This document shows, piece after piece, positions 12,321 to 24,944 of a stretch of 64,000 nucleotides of DNA (position 1 is the stretch's first letter; each line of letters begins with the position of its first letter). The DNA comes from Glaucostegus cemiculus (lineage: Eukaryota). The position numbers and the translations under genes are program-made. The stretch is from assembly GCA_976551045.1 (NCBI GenBank), contig CDPCPM010000370.1, forward strand, positions 620,001 to 684,000, read 5' to 3'. The notes under the pieces are model-generated. The model worked only from the letters and a program-made list of their open reading frames with translations. It was not told the DNA's origin and made no database searches.

Positions 12321-15139
12321 GTAAGTGACTCCACCCTTCGCGCCGAACTTTCACCATCCTCGTCTTATTGCGATCGGAATCATCACTGTTCCTTTGAAAA
12401 TAAAGTTCCCATAACGGGAAGCCTCCATTCATCGCTGTCGCGTTACGATCGGCAATTCACACATAAGTACCGGCGCAGAGTCATAGAGACGCTACCCGGT
12501 TTTCTGAGTCCATGTCTGAGCTGCAGCGATGGGCCCACCAGCCCAAGGAGCAGGTAGAGAGAGGGTGGGTGCCGTGCATCTTTCTGGACCATAATTGTTG
12601 AAGCTGGAACGTGACGCCAGAGAGGAGAGTTACATGTGGCGGGGTTTCATTACTGGACATTGATCCACTGAATTAATTTGTTTCACATTTGGTTTTCCCT
12701 GTTCTCTTTTTCACAATGAATGAATTTGAACCCCATGTTGCGGATGCATATATGCAATAGTCAAACTAGCGACTGTTATTTTAGATTTTTTTTGAAGTGT
12801 TTAGAAATACTCGTTACATTCGGTGAATCATTCTCCTCCAGAGTACGTAGGACGCAGTACTTGAGAGAATACATTTGGCTGATGATATAAGTCACGTGTG
12901 GGATATCTGCATTCAAGAATCAGGGTGAAAGCAGAAGATTGGTCATTGACATGATGGGAATTCCTTTGATAAGAATTGTTTGAAATAACGGACTTGGACC
13001 TGATGGACAATATAGACTCGTGCTCTACAGTCAATATAATACTGCGGAAAAGAAAGGACATTCGCAAGGGAAGGATGGAGGTGTGTCTAATTCTCCTGAC
13101 CCAAAGCTTATGTCAGCGAAGATAGTTCAGGGAGCGATTGGATGCACTGCGTCAATGTATTTGGAACATTGATACAGATCAAATACAGGTGGCAAGAGAA
13201 CCAAAAAAGTCCCGAAGAGCAAGTAACAATTTATAGGGAGAGAGAGAGTGCAGCTTAGAAAGTTCCCACAGTGATGGAAGTGGCAGTTTGGACGGTAATG
13301 GAGTGGTGCCGGGAGACGCGTATGGTGCTTGCACCAATCTCAGCGGTCACTGAAAACTAAGTGCGTTAGTTTCCCGGGATGAAACGTGCGTCCACCGAGG
13401 AAATTTGACGGCAGGCTTCATCTGGCAGTGGAACTAAGGGAATATAGAGGAGATATCATTGAGATACGCGAAGGCTGAGGCAGGAGTAGCTACCTGGTGT
13501 TTTCCTACTGAAGGAAAACTCAGAGACCTAGGAAATTCTCACGGAGTGGTGTCGCCCTCAAAGAAATTATCTGAGGTATTTCGTTTTTGCGATCAGAGCG
13601 TTGCATGTCTTTGGAATTCTCCCTCCCAGAGGGCGTAGGATGCTAAGGTCCGCGATGTTTCTGCGGTGCCTTTAAGTCTGAGCTTAATTACCCATGGGCT
13701 CCAAGTGAATCAAATTAGCTGGCGCTCGTTGGAGTTATTAAGCTTTCAGAAATGATAAACTGTGTCAATGGCAGAACCGTCTCCAGAGAATTGATATCCT
13801 CCCGCTGATCCTATAGCTAGCTTCCGATCTTTCAAATGTGAGAGTCTCTGGACGTAAGGACGGCGCTTTGGCTCTCGGCCTGTTCTCAGCTAAAAGTCTT
13901 CGCCAGCAAAATAATTTTAACAGCAATCTCGTTTCCCGCACCGCCCCCACCCAAACACACACTAATCTGGGAATATTAAACAAGTGGGTCTCTGTCTCTC
14001 GGAAAGGGAAAGTACCGAGAGATCTGTGGGATGTTAGAAAAATGGTGTCAGTCTCCACAGGCTAAATGTGGGGGCATTGTTTCTCATTGAATGAGAATCC
14101 GGATCAACCGAAGATCTATAAGCGACAGTCAGCAATGGAACAATTGCATATATCCGAAGGATATTATTGACAAACTTAACGTTCGAACCTGGACTTTGAA
14201 GCAGAGGGAACGGAGCCCAATCGTGTTGGTGCGGGTTGGGTGAGGGTGAGCTTGGTTGCTGATAGGGCTAGAAAGAGTGGGAGACATCGGAAGTGGGATG
14301 GCTACAATGAGAGCTGTGTCGGGTGGACTGCAAACACTAGCAGGGCACAGTTGGGCTGGTTTTGATTGCAATTCCTGTATATTATGAAACTGAGTGCAAC
14401 AAACACCAGGAAGAGACGAGGGAGATCCGGACAATGGTCTGAAAGGACGTGCATCGAAAGAAAGTGGGAAGAGCGGTTCCAAGTGAAGAGCAGTTAAACC
14501 ACGGAAGAAATTGTGTGAGCATGTGCCAACCGTCAAGTGCGGAATATTGGGAGGACTTTTTGCTGTGGCAAATAGTACAGCCGTTAGCAGTCCAAAATAA
14601 AACACAAATAATAAAACTAGTTATAGATCTTCCAAAAGGAAGTGAAATGGAACAAATTAGCATCCTATAAAATGGAGAAATATTTGGAAATTCAGAGATT
14701 GTGTTCCAATCGTGTTGAACTTTGAGCCACAGGTGTCCAAAATTAGTTTCCCCAATTTAAACAGTCAGTGCGTTTCGGACGATGTCCTCAGGTCCTCAGG
14801 TCGATGTCTCAGGGCATTGATGAAAGGGTTGGCTGCTGATTGTTGGATCGTCCTGTGCCCAGTTAGATCAATATCAGCTGCCACTCGACCACCCAAAGCT
14901 GCCTGGACAGTAACTGTCTAATTGAGGAGGAGGGAGGAATGCGGGGTTTTCGAAAGTCCACTCACATTCGACTTTGACTCCAAAATGGCCAAAAAGTGAA
15001 GGGAGGGCAGAGAGGAATTTGGAATAGCCTTCTCAAATGGAATAAAATTGTTGCAAGAGATTGCACTTTTCCTCTATTTAAATGCCCCCACTATGTAGTG
15101 CAACTAAATTAGCAGCGTGATCCTCTGTTTCTCCTGCAG

Positions 15140-15451
15140 ATCCGCCAGAGAATTTGTATGTGTCCCAGAGCATATCACGACAAGACTCTGTTGTCAGTGA
15201 TGCAGTTGCTTTGAATTGCGAATATTCCGCGTCCTGTTCCTACACCGTTCACTGGTACCGGCAGTTCTCGGGGCAGACTCCGGAATACCTGCTCAAGAGA
15301 CAGTGGTATGGAGATGAGAATAAGGAAACGTCCATCAGGGATAGAATTGCGGCTACAGTTGATCATGTCAAGAAAATTAGCCGTTTAACCATCTCCAAGC
15401 TTCAACTGAGCGATTCAGCTGTGTATCACTGTGCACTGAGCGTGCGCGCAG
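15140..15451 (+). CDS. Leaderless NAR-TCR supporting TCR-delta V segment
   Basis: The acceptor CTCCTGCAG is in phase with the NAR J donor. Reads (D)PPENLYVSQSISRQ..VALNCEYSASCSYTVHWYRQ..SRLTISKLQLSDSAVYHCALSV, with an extra CDR1 Cys (15235-15237). No leader exon was seen between the J and this exon. Confidence 0.92.
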
Positions 15452-15490
15452 CACAATGATACACAACAGGGACAGAGCGGTACAAAAACC
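15452..15490 (+). promoter_or_regulatory. 23-RSS of supporting V-delta (proximal)
   Basis: CACAATG-23-ACAAAAACC. Confidence 0.93.
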
Positions 15491-15514
15491 TCAGTGTGGT
15501 GAGCATTACTGACA

Positions 15515-15553
15515 CACAGTGATACATAACACGGAGAGAGCTGTTCAAAAACC
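15515..15553 (+). promoter_or_regulatory. Second, tandem 23-RSS (distal)
   Basis: CACAGTG-23-TCAAAAACC; the spacer is homologous to that of the proximal RSS. Confidence 0.85.
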
Positions 15554-17415
15554 TTCGTTGCATGAACATCGGAAACAACTGAAAGAGAGAGAGCAAGAGA
15601 GATTATGGGAAAGGGGGAACCACGCAATTTCTTTGAAAGTATTCAATTTATTTTCAGTGTTATAGAGAACATGATAAGAGAAATAAAATCGCCAACGTGA
15701 AATGTCAGCTCAGTATGCTTTGTTATTTTATCAGAGCTGGAATTAAATTAGAACTGTTAAGTGTCTCTGCGATAATACGAAACAAGTACCGTGGTGGGGG
15801 GGGGGGGGGGTGTCTGGTCTGCGCGGGACGCTGTTTAGCCAAGTAAACACTCGGGAGTATATTGTTTTGTTTGAAAGGTACAGTTCATTGTGACATGGCT
15901 TGACTCTTCGAACGTCAGTTCAGCAACCGGCTCTACCACTGAGTTTTGGAGTCTCTGGTATAAAAGAAAAAAAAACCTCATAATTTCCTCGAACATTTTG
16001 ATTCCATTGGAATTTTACACGGGAACTTTGGAATTTTCCTGGGAAGAATCTTCTTACCGAGGAGTACCAACATGACGAGAAGCGGCGCCAGGTGAATATT
16101 TCTGATGTCGCTATCTGAGTCTACAACTCGGAGATCCTGGAAACCATTTGTCGGAGAATAAGTACAAATACACCGCCCTCACCGCACTGCTGAATCAATA
16201 AATCAGAACTGGAAGCTCACCCTGACGAATCTCTAATGATATAGGGCAGAAAAGGCGCCAATCGACAGCAAGAAACAATAAACGAGCGGTGCGGTAGCAA
16301 GAGTCAAAATCAGCGGATCGAAGACCGTGTGTATCGATGGGAATTGGGCAGCGACGTTCGGCGGTAATCAGAGGTGGCGTAGCTGGTGCTTGGTTAAGAG
16401 AAGACAGTGATCAAAATGCGCTTGCTCACTGATCCAGCAACTGCGAGCAGAGAGCGAGGAAGTAAAACGGAGCGTTGGCTCAGCAATGTATTCATAACGA
16501 TGTTCAATCATCCCTACAGTGGATTTCTGGAAGACACCTGAGCTACTATCTATGGTATAGAAATGCAGAATCCATCAAAACGCTTCCGGCCGATGATAAC
16601 CCGCCGTTTATCCTTGTGGTTTAAAAATCAATGTCCATTTTTCAGAATAATGTACTTATTAATTAGGCAGATGCGCGTGGCTATTTTGCATGGAGTGAGT
16701 TGGTAGGACATGAATCTGGCCCTGAGTTGCATGTGAAATTGCCGGAAGTAAAGAGGACGCCTTCCAACATATGGCACCAAATACCCTGGAACTACTACAC
16801 AGGAAATTATTATATTTACTCAGTTTCTTCCATACCCGCTGAGTTTTGCCAGCATTTGTGTTTTACCTTTCTGAGGTATTATTAGACTAATCCTAAGCCT
16901 TTTCTCCATGCAACTGATGTCAAAGCTGACTCTCTGGTCACCAGGAGTTCCATCGATTCTCCCTGGTCAACTAGGGATCTGTGCTCCCCTGCCCAGAGTG
17001 TTACTTGTCGAATAGATCTATCTGTCTGTTTATCAATCCGTCTGTAATGTCTGAGGATTACCCTCAGCGTTTTCTTTTTGACAAGTTCCTCTTTCATCAG
17101 CGAACTTACTGTCTAAGTTCTGTGACATTAGCACACACCCACATCTGGGTTAGAGACTGAGAGTAAACCAACCCGATCCAAAACTACGCCTTCCTTCTCA
17201 TTGCTGTTATGCAGGAAGTGACGTTGCGCCACCCCATTTGGCGCCTCTCTCTCTCTCCCCCGCTGCTTCATGGCCCACAGGCCACAAAGACACAAAGCAA
17301 TCTGACTATTCATGCTGGAGAATGCCATTCCTTACATTTGCAACGTTGTGAGTGACATTCATCATCTTAAAGGAGGCACATGTTTTAAAATATTTCCCAG
17401 AGTCCTTGGTACAGA

Positions 17416-17462
17416 TGTTACGAAGTAGCTTACTATAGGCAAATATCCATTTAAGATGGGAC

Positions 17463-17513
<51 letters not shown>

Positions 17514-18280
17514 AACGTATTACGTCGACAGAAGATAAGACTAACGTGCTGACGTCATTAGAAGAAAGAAAAAAGATAGGAGAGAGAGAGACAGACAGAC
17601 AGACGGAGAAAGAAGAAGGAGAGATGGCAGCCTGTTTTGTTTCTGTCGAGGGACGAAGGACAGTAACTGTGTTTGTCACTAAAATCCGTGGATGGATTTC
17701 TGGAGTAGTCCAGTGGAGTTCACTTTGTCGGTAACCTGTAGAAGGACACAGGTGTTTGCGTGGACAACCACATTTTGGATGCTCTTCAGAGTGGCAGATA
17801 CTGTGGAACAAAGTGATGGAATTCACTTTGCTGCTAACCTGTAGAAGAACACAGGTATTTGCATGGACAGTCACGATCAAGGAGTTTTCAGGGTGAGAAA
17901 GTCACTATCGAGTAAGCCCTGAAGTGTCGTTTGAGTTTCGAGTGGAACATTCGGATTTCGTGATTCCTCTCTAATCTCTCTCTATATCTATGTTTTGTCT
18001 TTGGTGGACAGTGCTTGTGAAGAAGCCTTTATTCGTGTCATCTTACGGCTTATTGAACTGAACTTTAAGAACTAATTCCTGGACTTGGAGTTTCGGAACT
18101 TGCCACATACACACGACGAGTAGTTTTGGGGTTATAGTTTAAGATTCTAATATTTTATTGTGTACTAATATACTAACTTTTTATTCTTATTTTACATATT
18201 ATCGGATGTAGTTATTAATAAAGTAGTTTTAACACTGAAGGATGAATTGGTGTGCTTCTTTTGTTGCTGGTTTCGTAACA
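17416..18280 (+). mobile_element. Solo LTR (Gypsy-like)
   Basis: Termini TGTTACGAA...TTCGTAACA form a 9-bp inverted repeat. 4-bp TSD CAGA at 17412-17415 and 18281-18284. AATAAA near the 3' end. Contains an internal (TG)n and an internal tandem duplication. Confidence 0.85.
17465..17512. repeat. (TG)n microsatellite
   Basis: Perfect dinucleotide run. Confidence 0.95.
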
Positions 18281-18799
18281 CAGAGAACAGACAACGTCCG
18301 TATTCACAGAGTATATGATTAAATAAAAATAAAACAACTCGATATCCTAAATGTACTAGATCGGAAGTTCCAGATGGGTAGCATATTTCTCAAGAGAGAC
18401 CGGTTCTATTTTAAGGTTTCCGACAGAAGGTACTTGCAGAGAACTCATCGGTCTGTGTGTTATTTGCATTCGATGAGCAGCAGCATCAGATCTGTGGTCG
18501 CTGATGAATTCTATTACAAATTCAGATTAAATATCTCCACCGGAGTATGGTGACAACGTGTAACTCGGTATCATATGGAATAGTGGAAGCGAATAAAATG
18601 TATTTCAAGAATACAAAGGAAGTGAGAGGGAGCAGAAAATGGGGACAAACTGATTGGGTGAATTGAAGAAGGGTTGTGGTATGTTGTGTGGGACGCACTG
18701 AAATGCCACACCATTTTTAAGAGATCTATGCCGCATGCTGTACCGCCGTTTTTTTTATTTGTGCGTTGAGCTTTTTTAAATTCCTTACTCACGTTCCAG

Positions 18800-19057
18800 G
18801 TCTAAAAGATGATAATTCTTTGAAGCAGCGTGAGGACGTGCTCACACGGGCAGCGGCGTAAAACGTCACTTTAACTGGCACCTCCAGAAACGTCTGCTTC
18901 GAACTTCAGGTGGATTTCGCAAAAGGCTGGTTCGCTGAATGTTCCAGCGGTTAAAGAGTGATTGACCATCCTGGCGATGCCGCGGTCTTACGCAGCAATG
19001 CATCGCTGTGCGGAGAGTCACAGTGATTAGAATGAGCTCAATACTCGTGCGGCAACT
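18800..19057 (+). pseudogene. TCR V pseudogene with internal deletion and degenerate 23-RSS
   Basis: TTCCAG|GLKDDNSLKQREDVLTRAAA*NVTLTGT..DFAKGWFAE..LTILAMPRSYAAMHRCAES, then CACAGTG(19019-19025)-23-GCGGCAACT. Resembles the V at 37119-37422 but lacks the FR2/CDR2 region. Confidence 0.75.
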
Positions 19058-19756
19058 CCCGCGGGTTTCTGGACCACAACTGTTGTCTGTTGCGACCAGT
19101 TTGTGACTACAGCTCCGGCACTGACACCGGCATGATTGTGAATGGTTTGAATATACAGGGACAAGGGTATTCTAGAGTGTGTTAACCTCTGCATGTATTT
19201 TTCGATTATTAATAATCAAGTAATAATTCTGGTAATAGCTAAATGTTCTGGCATAATTTTCGCTTCACGATACGCAATTTCCACCCGCTCAGCGTCAACG
19301 AAATTTCACCGCGTGATGTGGGAACAAGTGTTGCTTGAAGCTGGTCGATGTTCACCCCATTGAATATCGAGTTTCTATCTGCCCATTTAAGGTTGCCCGA
19401 TTATTATCTGTGCAGGGATGGAAAATTAATTAATAAATGATATCTGTAATATCTGTGTGCACCGCTGCTGCTCACTTTCTATTTAGACCAAAGATTGTCT
19501 CTTAATCAACGACTAATATAGAAACAATTGCTGTATTGTTAACGAGGGTAACCAGGCCAACATTTCTTCAGCGATAAAGAATCATGAAAATAAACCAGAC
19601 GAAATTGAATCGATGACCACTTCCAATAAATTTAAGACTTCTAAGAGAAACGATTATTTACGTTTCTGTTGAGAGCTACAAAATCATTTTTCTTCCTCCA
19701 TCCCTTTTTCTCAAAATAAACACATCGATCAGGGAGAAATTTTGTTATTTTTTAAT

Positions 19757-20607
19757 TTTTATTTACAGCGTGTTAACAGGCACTTTCGGCCTAACGAGTC
19801 GAATAGATGAGGCTATACGGGGCACTGGTGAAGCTTCACTTAGAGTACTGTGTACAGTTTTGGGCCCCATACCTTAGGAAGGATGTGCTGATGTTGGAGA
19901 GGGTTCAGAGGAGATTTACTAGGATGATTCCTGGGATGAAAAGGCTTACATATGATGAGCGACTGTCGTCACTTGGACTGTACTCGTTGGAGTACAGAAG
20001 AATGAGAGGGGACCTAATAGAAACGTACAAGATGTTGAAAGGAATGTACAAAGTGAATGTGGTTAAGCTGTTTCCCTTGGTGGTGGAGTCCAGGACTAGA
20101 GGACACAACCTTAGAATTAGAGGAAGCAGGTTCAAAACAGAGATAAGGAGGAATTTCTTTAGCTAGAGGGTGGTGAACCTGTGGAACTCCTTACCACAGA
20201 AAGCAGTGGAAGCCAGATCATTGGGTATATTCAAGAAGGAAATAGATAGATATCTAATTGGTCAAGGTATCAAGGGATATGGAGATAAGGCGGGGATTTG
20301 GACTTAGAATAGTTTTTTCTCTCTTATATCCTCTTTTTCCCCACCCTCCCTTCCCTTTGGAGCAGACTCGATGGGCCGACTGGCCTACCTCTGCTCCATT
20401 ATCTTGCGATCTTGTGAGTCAGCGCCGCCCATTTTATACCCCCAAATTAACCTACCCGTACGTCTTTATAACGTGGGAGGAAACCGGAGCACCCGGAGTA
20501 AACGCACGCAGACACGGGAGAACGTACAAACTCCTTACAGTCAACGATGGGAATCGAACCCCGATCGCTGGCGCTGTAACAGCGTCGCGCTAACCGCTAC
20601 GCTATCC
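19757..20607 (-). mobile_element. SINE (same family as 1453-1695) split by a CR1 insertion
   Basis: SINE tail 19757-19800 and body 20416-20607 rejoin seamlessly across a duplicated GAGTC. Confidence 0.8.
19801..20415 (+). mobile_element. 5'-truncated CR1 LINE (ORF2 C-terminus plus 3' UTR)
   Basis: RLYGALVKLHLEYCVQFWAPYLRKDVLMLERVQRRFTRMIPG..RGDLIETYK..SRTRGH; (ATCTTGYG)n tail; GAGTC TSD. Confidence 0.92.
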
Positions 20608-21842
20608 TTCTATACGGTAGAATTATCTCGTGAGGTTTTGCTCAGGACATAACACATTCAACTTCAAGTTAAATCAGAGGAAAATGTCAGAAATCATATG
20701 ATTTTGAAAGGAAAAGTAACATTTATTTTCCGAGCAGATGTAAATTGGAACAGTCTGTGTTTTCAACTGTTTGATATACACAACTCTTTACTTATTATAT
20801 GTTCGCGTGTGTGTCTTGGATAATGTACCCTGATATTGCACCATAAGTTAAATCTATCACACTTCAGCTGCCTGGAAGGATATAATCGTCTGAACCATCT
20901 GGTGAATCCCTGCCTCCCATTCGTAATTTGTTTTCTGCGGCTCAGTTTTCTGACAGTCAGACACATTGCAGCGGATAGTGGCACCCAGAGAAAGCTCCGG
21001 ATGCAGAGGTAGACAGAGTGACGCCGAGATGTAGAGTTGGATAAATTCCAACATTTTATTCATGAAGAACTCGTTCAGTTTTATTCATTTGCTTTTGACA
21101 TATACTGTCTATTTTCTGTACCTGCAATTTATAAGCAGTAAGCATTCCAGCCTATCGAATACGAATGATCCAAAGCTCATCCTTCAATGAAGTGGATATA
21201 TACTACAGCTTCTCAGTAGCAAGTTGGCTGTTTATGACGGAATTTCAACTGACTTGTCCGGTCCGATGAACACCTAGTTCAGTCCATTGACGTATGTTCC
21301 CGGGCACATATAAATTGACTAAATTGACAGCAGAAGATTATGATCAAATGATGTAGGATGACAGCGAACCAATAAGAGGCACCCCGTCACTTGTGTCTGT
21401 AACTTTCAAAATATAGGTTGTAAATCTTTTCTGTCAGCTCCAGTTGACTGCCAGTTCCAAGATGTATGCATGCTACAGAATGCCAAATTCTACCGACTTT
21501 ATGGCCGGTATTTATTCATAGTGATGTTTATCCTTACACAATATCCTGCTGGCCGAGCAACTCTCTAACTCCTCCCACTGTAGTACTGCGAGTATCGGAA
21601 TAATGTGGGAGGGGCTATCATATCAGCCTCAATACTTAAAGAACAACCAGTAAACTGAAGTTTCCACTTCATCTTCGTCAATGTCACAGCAACTACTCAG
21701 TTAGCTCTGGGAAACCGCCCCGTGCAAGTGAACCCAACCACTAAATGTGTTTAAATTAAAATCTCAGGGGTAGTCTGCTAGATAAAATCAGAGCCGCAGC
21801 CTCCATCACAGTGTCAAACAGACCATCCGTTCACTTGACGAA

Positions 21843-22777
21843 ATGATGGGAATTCTCTTTGTTTTCACGTTCTGCGCCAGTTTAATCCGTAAGTACCGCT
21901 CAACCAATCGTGAAATTAAGAATGAATATTTCCCCAATGATCTGGAATATGATTTTTCCTTCTTGGGGGCCGAAATGCCCGGAAGCGGCAAAAGACATGG
22001 GAGACGTCAGCATTTGAGATGTGTTCGGATGTTCAAACTGGCTGAAGACAGGTCAAATTCTGTAGACCAATCAGAAATATATATATATATATATTTAGCT
22101 TTAAGGTCCCTTGCCCCTGCTGTGTGCCTTTCGGAGCCAACACTTCACCCGGCTCCACTGAACTGAAGCTCTCGATCATGCAAGGGGATATGGCAGCTTC
22201 CATCAAAGACACAGTTCACCGAGCCTCTGAATATACAGCTTCCGCTGCTTATCCTATGGCACAGCCTGATTCCAAAAAGGGTCATGAGACACCAGGAAAG
22301 AAAATCGTTTATTGCCCCCATTGTCAACTAATTCTTTGATTATGAAAATTTCTTCGCTGTTTACTGAACTTCTGGAGTGGCGCATTTTCCAACTTAATGG
22401 GTTAAAATACTGTATAAGTGTCAACTTTAATCGTTGATATTTTTCTTCTTTCCTTACCTACCCGCAGGGTTGAGTCGTGGAAATTCTGTTAGTCAGACCC
22501 AATCTTCAGAGAGAAGAATTGAAGGTGAAGGGGTGACACTGACTTGCAGCTATAGTACTACAGAGACTGACTATTATCTTAACTGGTACAGAAAACAAAG
22601 AAATTCGGAGCTCGTGTTTATTCTGCTGCTGAAGTCTTGGAACAGAGAAGAAGAAAAAGGAGCGGGATTCGGGGGGCGTTTCTCTTCAGAGCTCAACACC
22701 AGGACTAAATCCAGCAGTTTAACCATCTCAGAGTTGCAGCTGACCGACTCTGCTCTGTACTACTGCGCTTTTAAAGA
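21843..22777 (+). CDS. TCR alpha/delta V segment: leader 21843-21888, V exon 22468-22777, 23-RSS 22778-22816
   Basis: MMGILFVFTFCASLI-R|GTAAGT; NSVSQTQ..VTLTCSYST..YYLNWYRKQ..RFSSEL..LTISELQLTDSALYYCAFK; CACAGTG-23-ACAAAAACT. Confidence 0.93.
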
Positions 22778-24944
22778 CACAGTGATGGAAACCGACTCCT
22801 TACCAATACAAAAACTGCCTGTGCCTGTGGAGTGGAACTCCTATTGTTGAGGTCTTAGCGAGAAATCACCAGCTGCCGCCGCAATGCGCAGTGCACAAGA
22901 TGCGCTGAAACACACCCAGAGGAAACGAGAGAACAAACTGTCAGCAACCATTTCTATGAGCAGTGGATAGAAAGTGTTTAACGTTAAAGTTAGTGAAATT
23001 GTTCCAGTATTCACTATGTTCTCCCGACGCAAACATTACTAAAATAACAGCAGGTCAACGAGAAAGCTTCGGGCATTATTAACTTAACAGTGGTTTCTGT
23101 CTAAATCCTCTGTGTCCAATGAGATCCCTCCTCCCTGACACACAAGGATACGTTTGATTCACTTTAACATTCAACTTTCAATCTGTGCGTTCGAGAATCC
23201 GTTGTATGTCCACATATCTATTGATTTTCCAGATAATGTTGTTGATGCATGTTTAAGGGAGGCGCAGGCTGCTGCATTACAAACAAAGAACTAGTGTAAT
23301 TTCACACAAGACATACCGTCGTGAAGAAATAATAGAATGCATTCATGTATCGTGAATCAAAACATGCTGAGATAACTGAGATTGCGTCCAAACCCAATTA
23401 GTCCAGGGGATTTACAACCGAAATCCTGATTCATAGAGAATGTAACGCAGTAGAAACCGTATGGCAAAAATTTCTGCGTGTGAAAAGTAAGGTATTAGAC
23501 CTCTCGGCTCTTTTCTATACAGCTGAAGTTTGAGCCTCGTATAAAAGGACTGGGGTGCATACTCTGCAGTGTAAAGAGAAGAAATGCTACGTGAAATGTG
23601 ATCTGCAAGTTGGTCCCGGTTAGTAATAACACTGACATTTTGTTACTTCTGCCTGAGAAACAGCCACGTGGAATATGACGTATAAAAACAGAGCCGTGCC
23701 CCGGTTTGCCGGAATCATTGATATTAGTGCTGCATTGACACATAGCGGAAGATGTGATTGAAGTTTAACTGATCCTCTGTTCATCTGATATAAACACAAG
23801 GAGCAGCCGTAGCAATTGAGAGCGTTTGGTGAAAAAGTAACAGAATATCAGTTAAAACAACCGTAACAGGGCAAGGAACTTTCGCAGGATTTCTCGAAAA
23901 GCTGTCCTGCTTTGTGAAATTGACAAAAATAAATAACAACTTAACAGAAAATAAACTCATGCTTTTTGATGACAATCTTCACTGTAGGATTAATGTATCC
24001 TGTTGAATTAAATTGTACCCACTTCCACGAGCTATAATCCATCCTCATACGATTTACAATCAACACAATTATTGCTTGTATATCACCAAACGATGGTCCA
24101 ATTGTTTCATACTTTATTCACGCTGCACGTATGCTTATTACACTCGTCACCCTTCATACCACTGTCTTCCCAACCACACCAAACCGACACGGCATTCACT
24201 TTAATCTCATATCCTGCACCTTCCACCACATTATGGTTCATAGAATAGTACAGCACTGGATAGGCCATTCGGCCCACGTATTTTGTACTCTCATTATTCG
24301 TGTTACCCAGGCTCATGAATCTGTATCACAACAGGCATATAGTCTGGTTATATGGTCGATGTATCCCTATCATTCACTCTGCCTTACTATTGGACTGGTT
24401 GGTTAATACTACTTGTTTCCACTCTCATAATCCCTGATAGATCAGACTATATCTCTGCTTATGCAACTCTGCATTTTTCGCACGCAGTACAAATACAGAC
24501 TCCAGTACAGAGCACATCAAACGGCCCGAACATAGTTTACCTGACAACAGTCTCAACAATGGTTGTCCCAGGCACATTGAACATACCCCTCATATCACGA
24601 AGTGAAAGCTCGCTTCCCACCGCACTGCACCCGGTGTATTGGGCACAATCTGTCTCCACAATAATCTGCTGAAAACTAGTTGAAGACGCTGTTTAAATTA
24701 AACTAAGTACTCGATCCAGTCTCTGCTCATATAGGGCTAATCCTTAGGATACTGGAGACAGACACTATTGATGTTACAGAATCTCTAATGTAAAAGTCAA
24801 AATATTTGTTCATATAGCAGCTGGTCCCTTGTGCACAAGGATCTTAAATCACAAGGATTTTAGGATCTTAACATCTCCCCAATATTTCAACTAATGTCCA
24901 TCACGGCGGTAAGTGATTGTCCAAATTACGCTCGTTTCTTTTTG

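Noticed and set aside
13267-13310. CACAGTG as a possible RSS in the J-to-V-delta intron
   Set aside because: No nonamer at 12 or 23 spacing, and the context looks like decayed CR1 sequence.
14129-14605. 158-aa ORF, and similar long ORFs at 17362-17880, 45936-46448 and 62172-62693
   Set aside because: No recognisable domains or exon structure; they overlap repeats, microsatellites or promoter DNA.
15471-15514. Functional D segment between the tandem RSS
   Set aside because: A 5' heptamer-like CAGTGTG exists, but there is no nonamer at 12 spacing (GACAGAGCG).
20763-21063. ORF with a leader-like start and a Cys (ATIRCNVS)
   Set aside because: No WYxQ, no YxC motif and no RSS.
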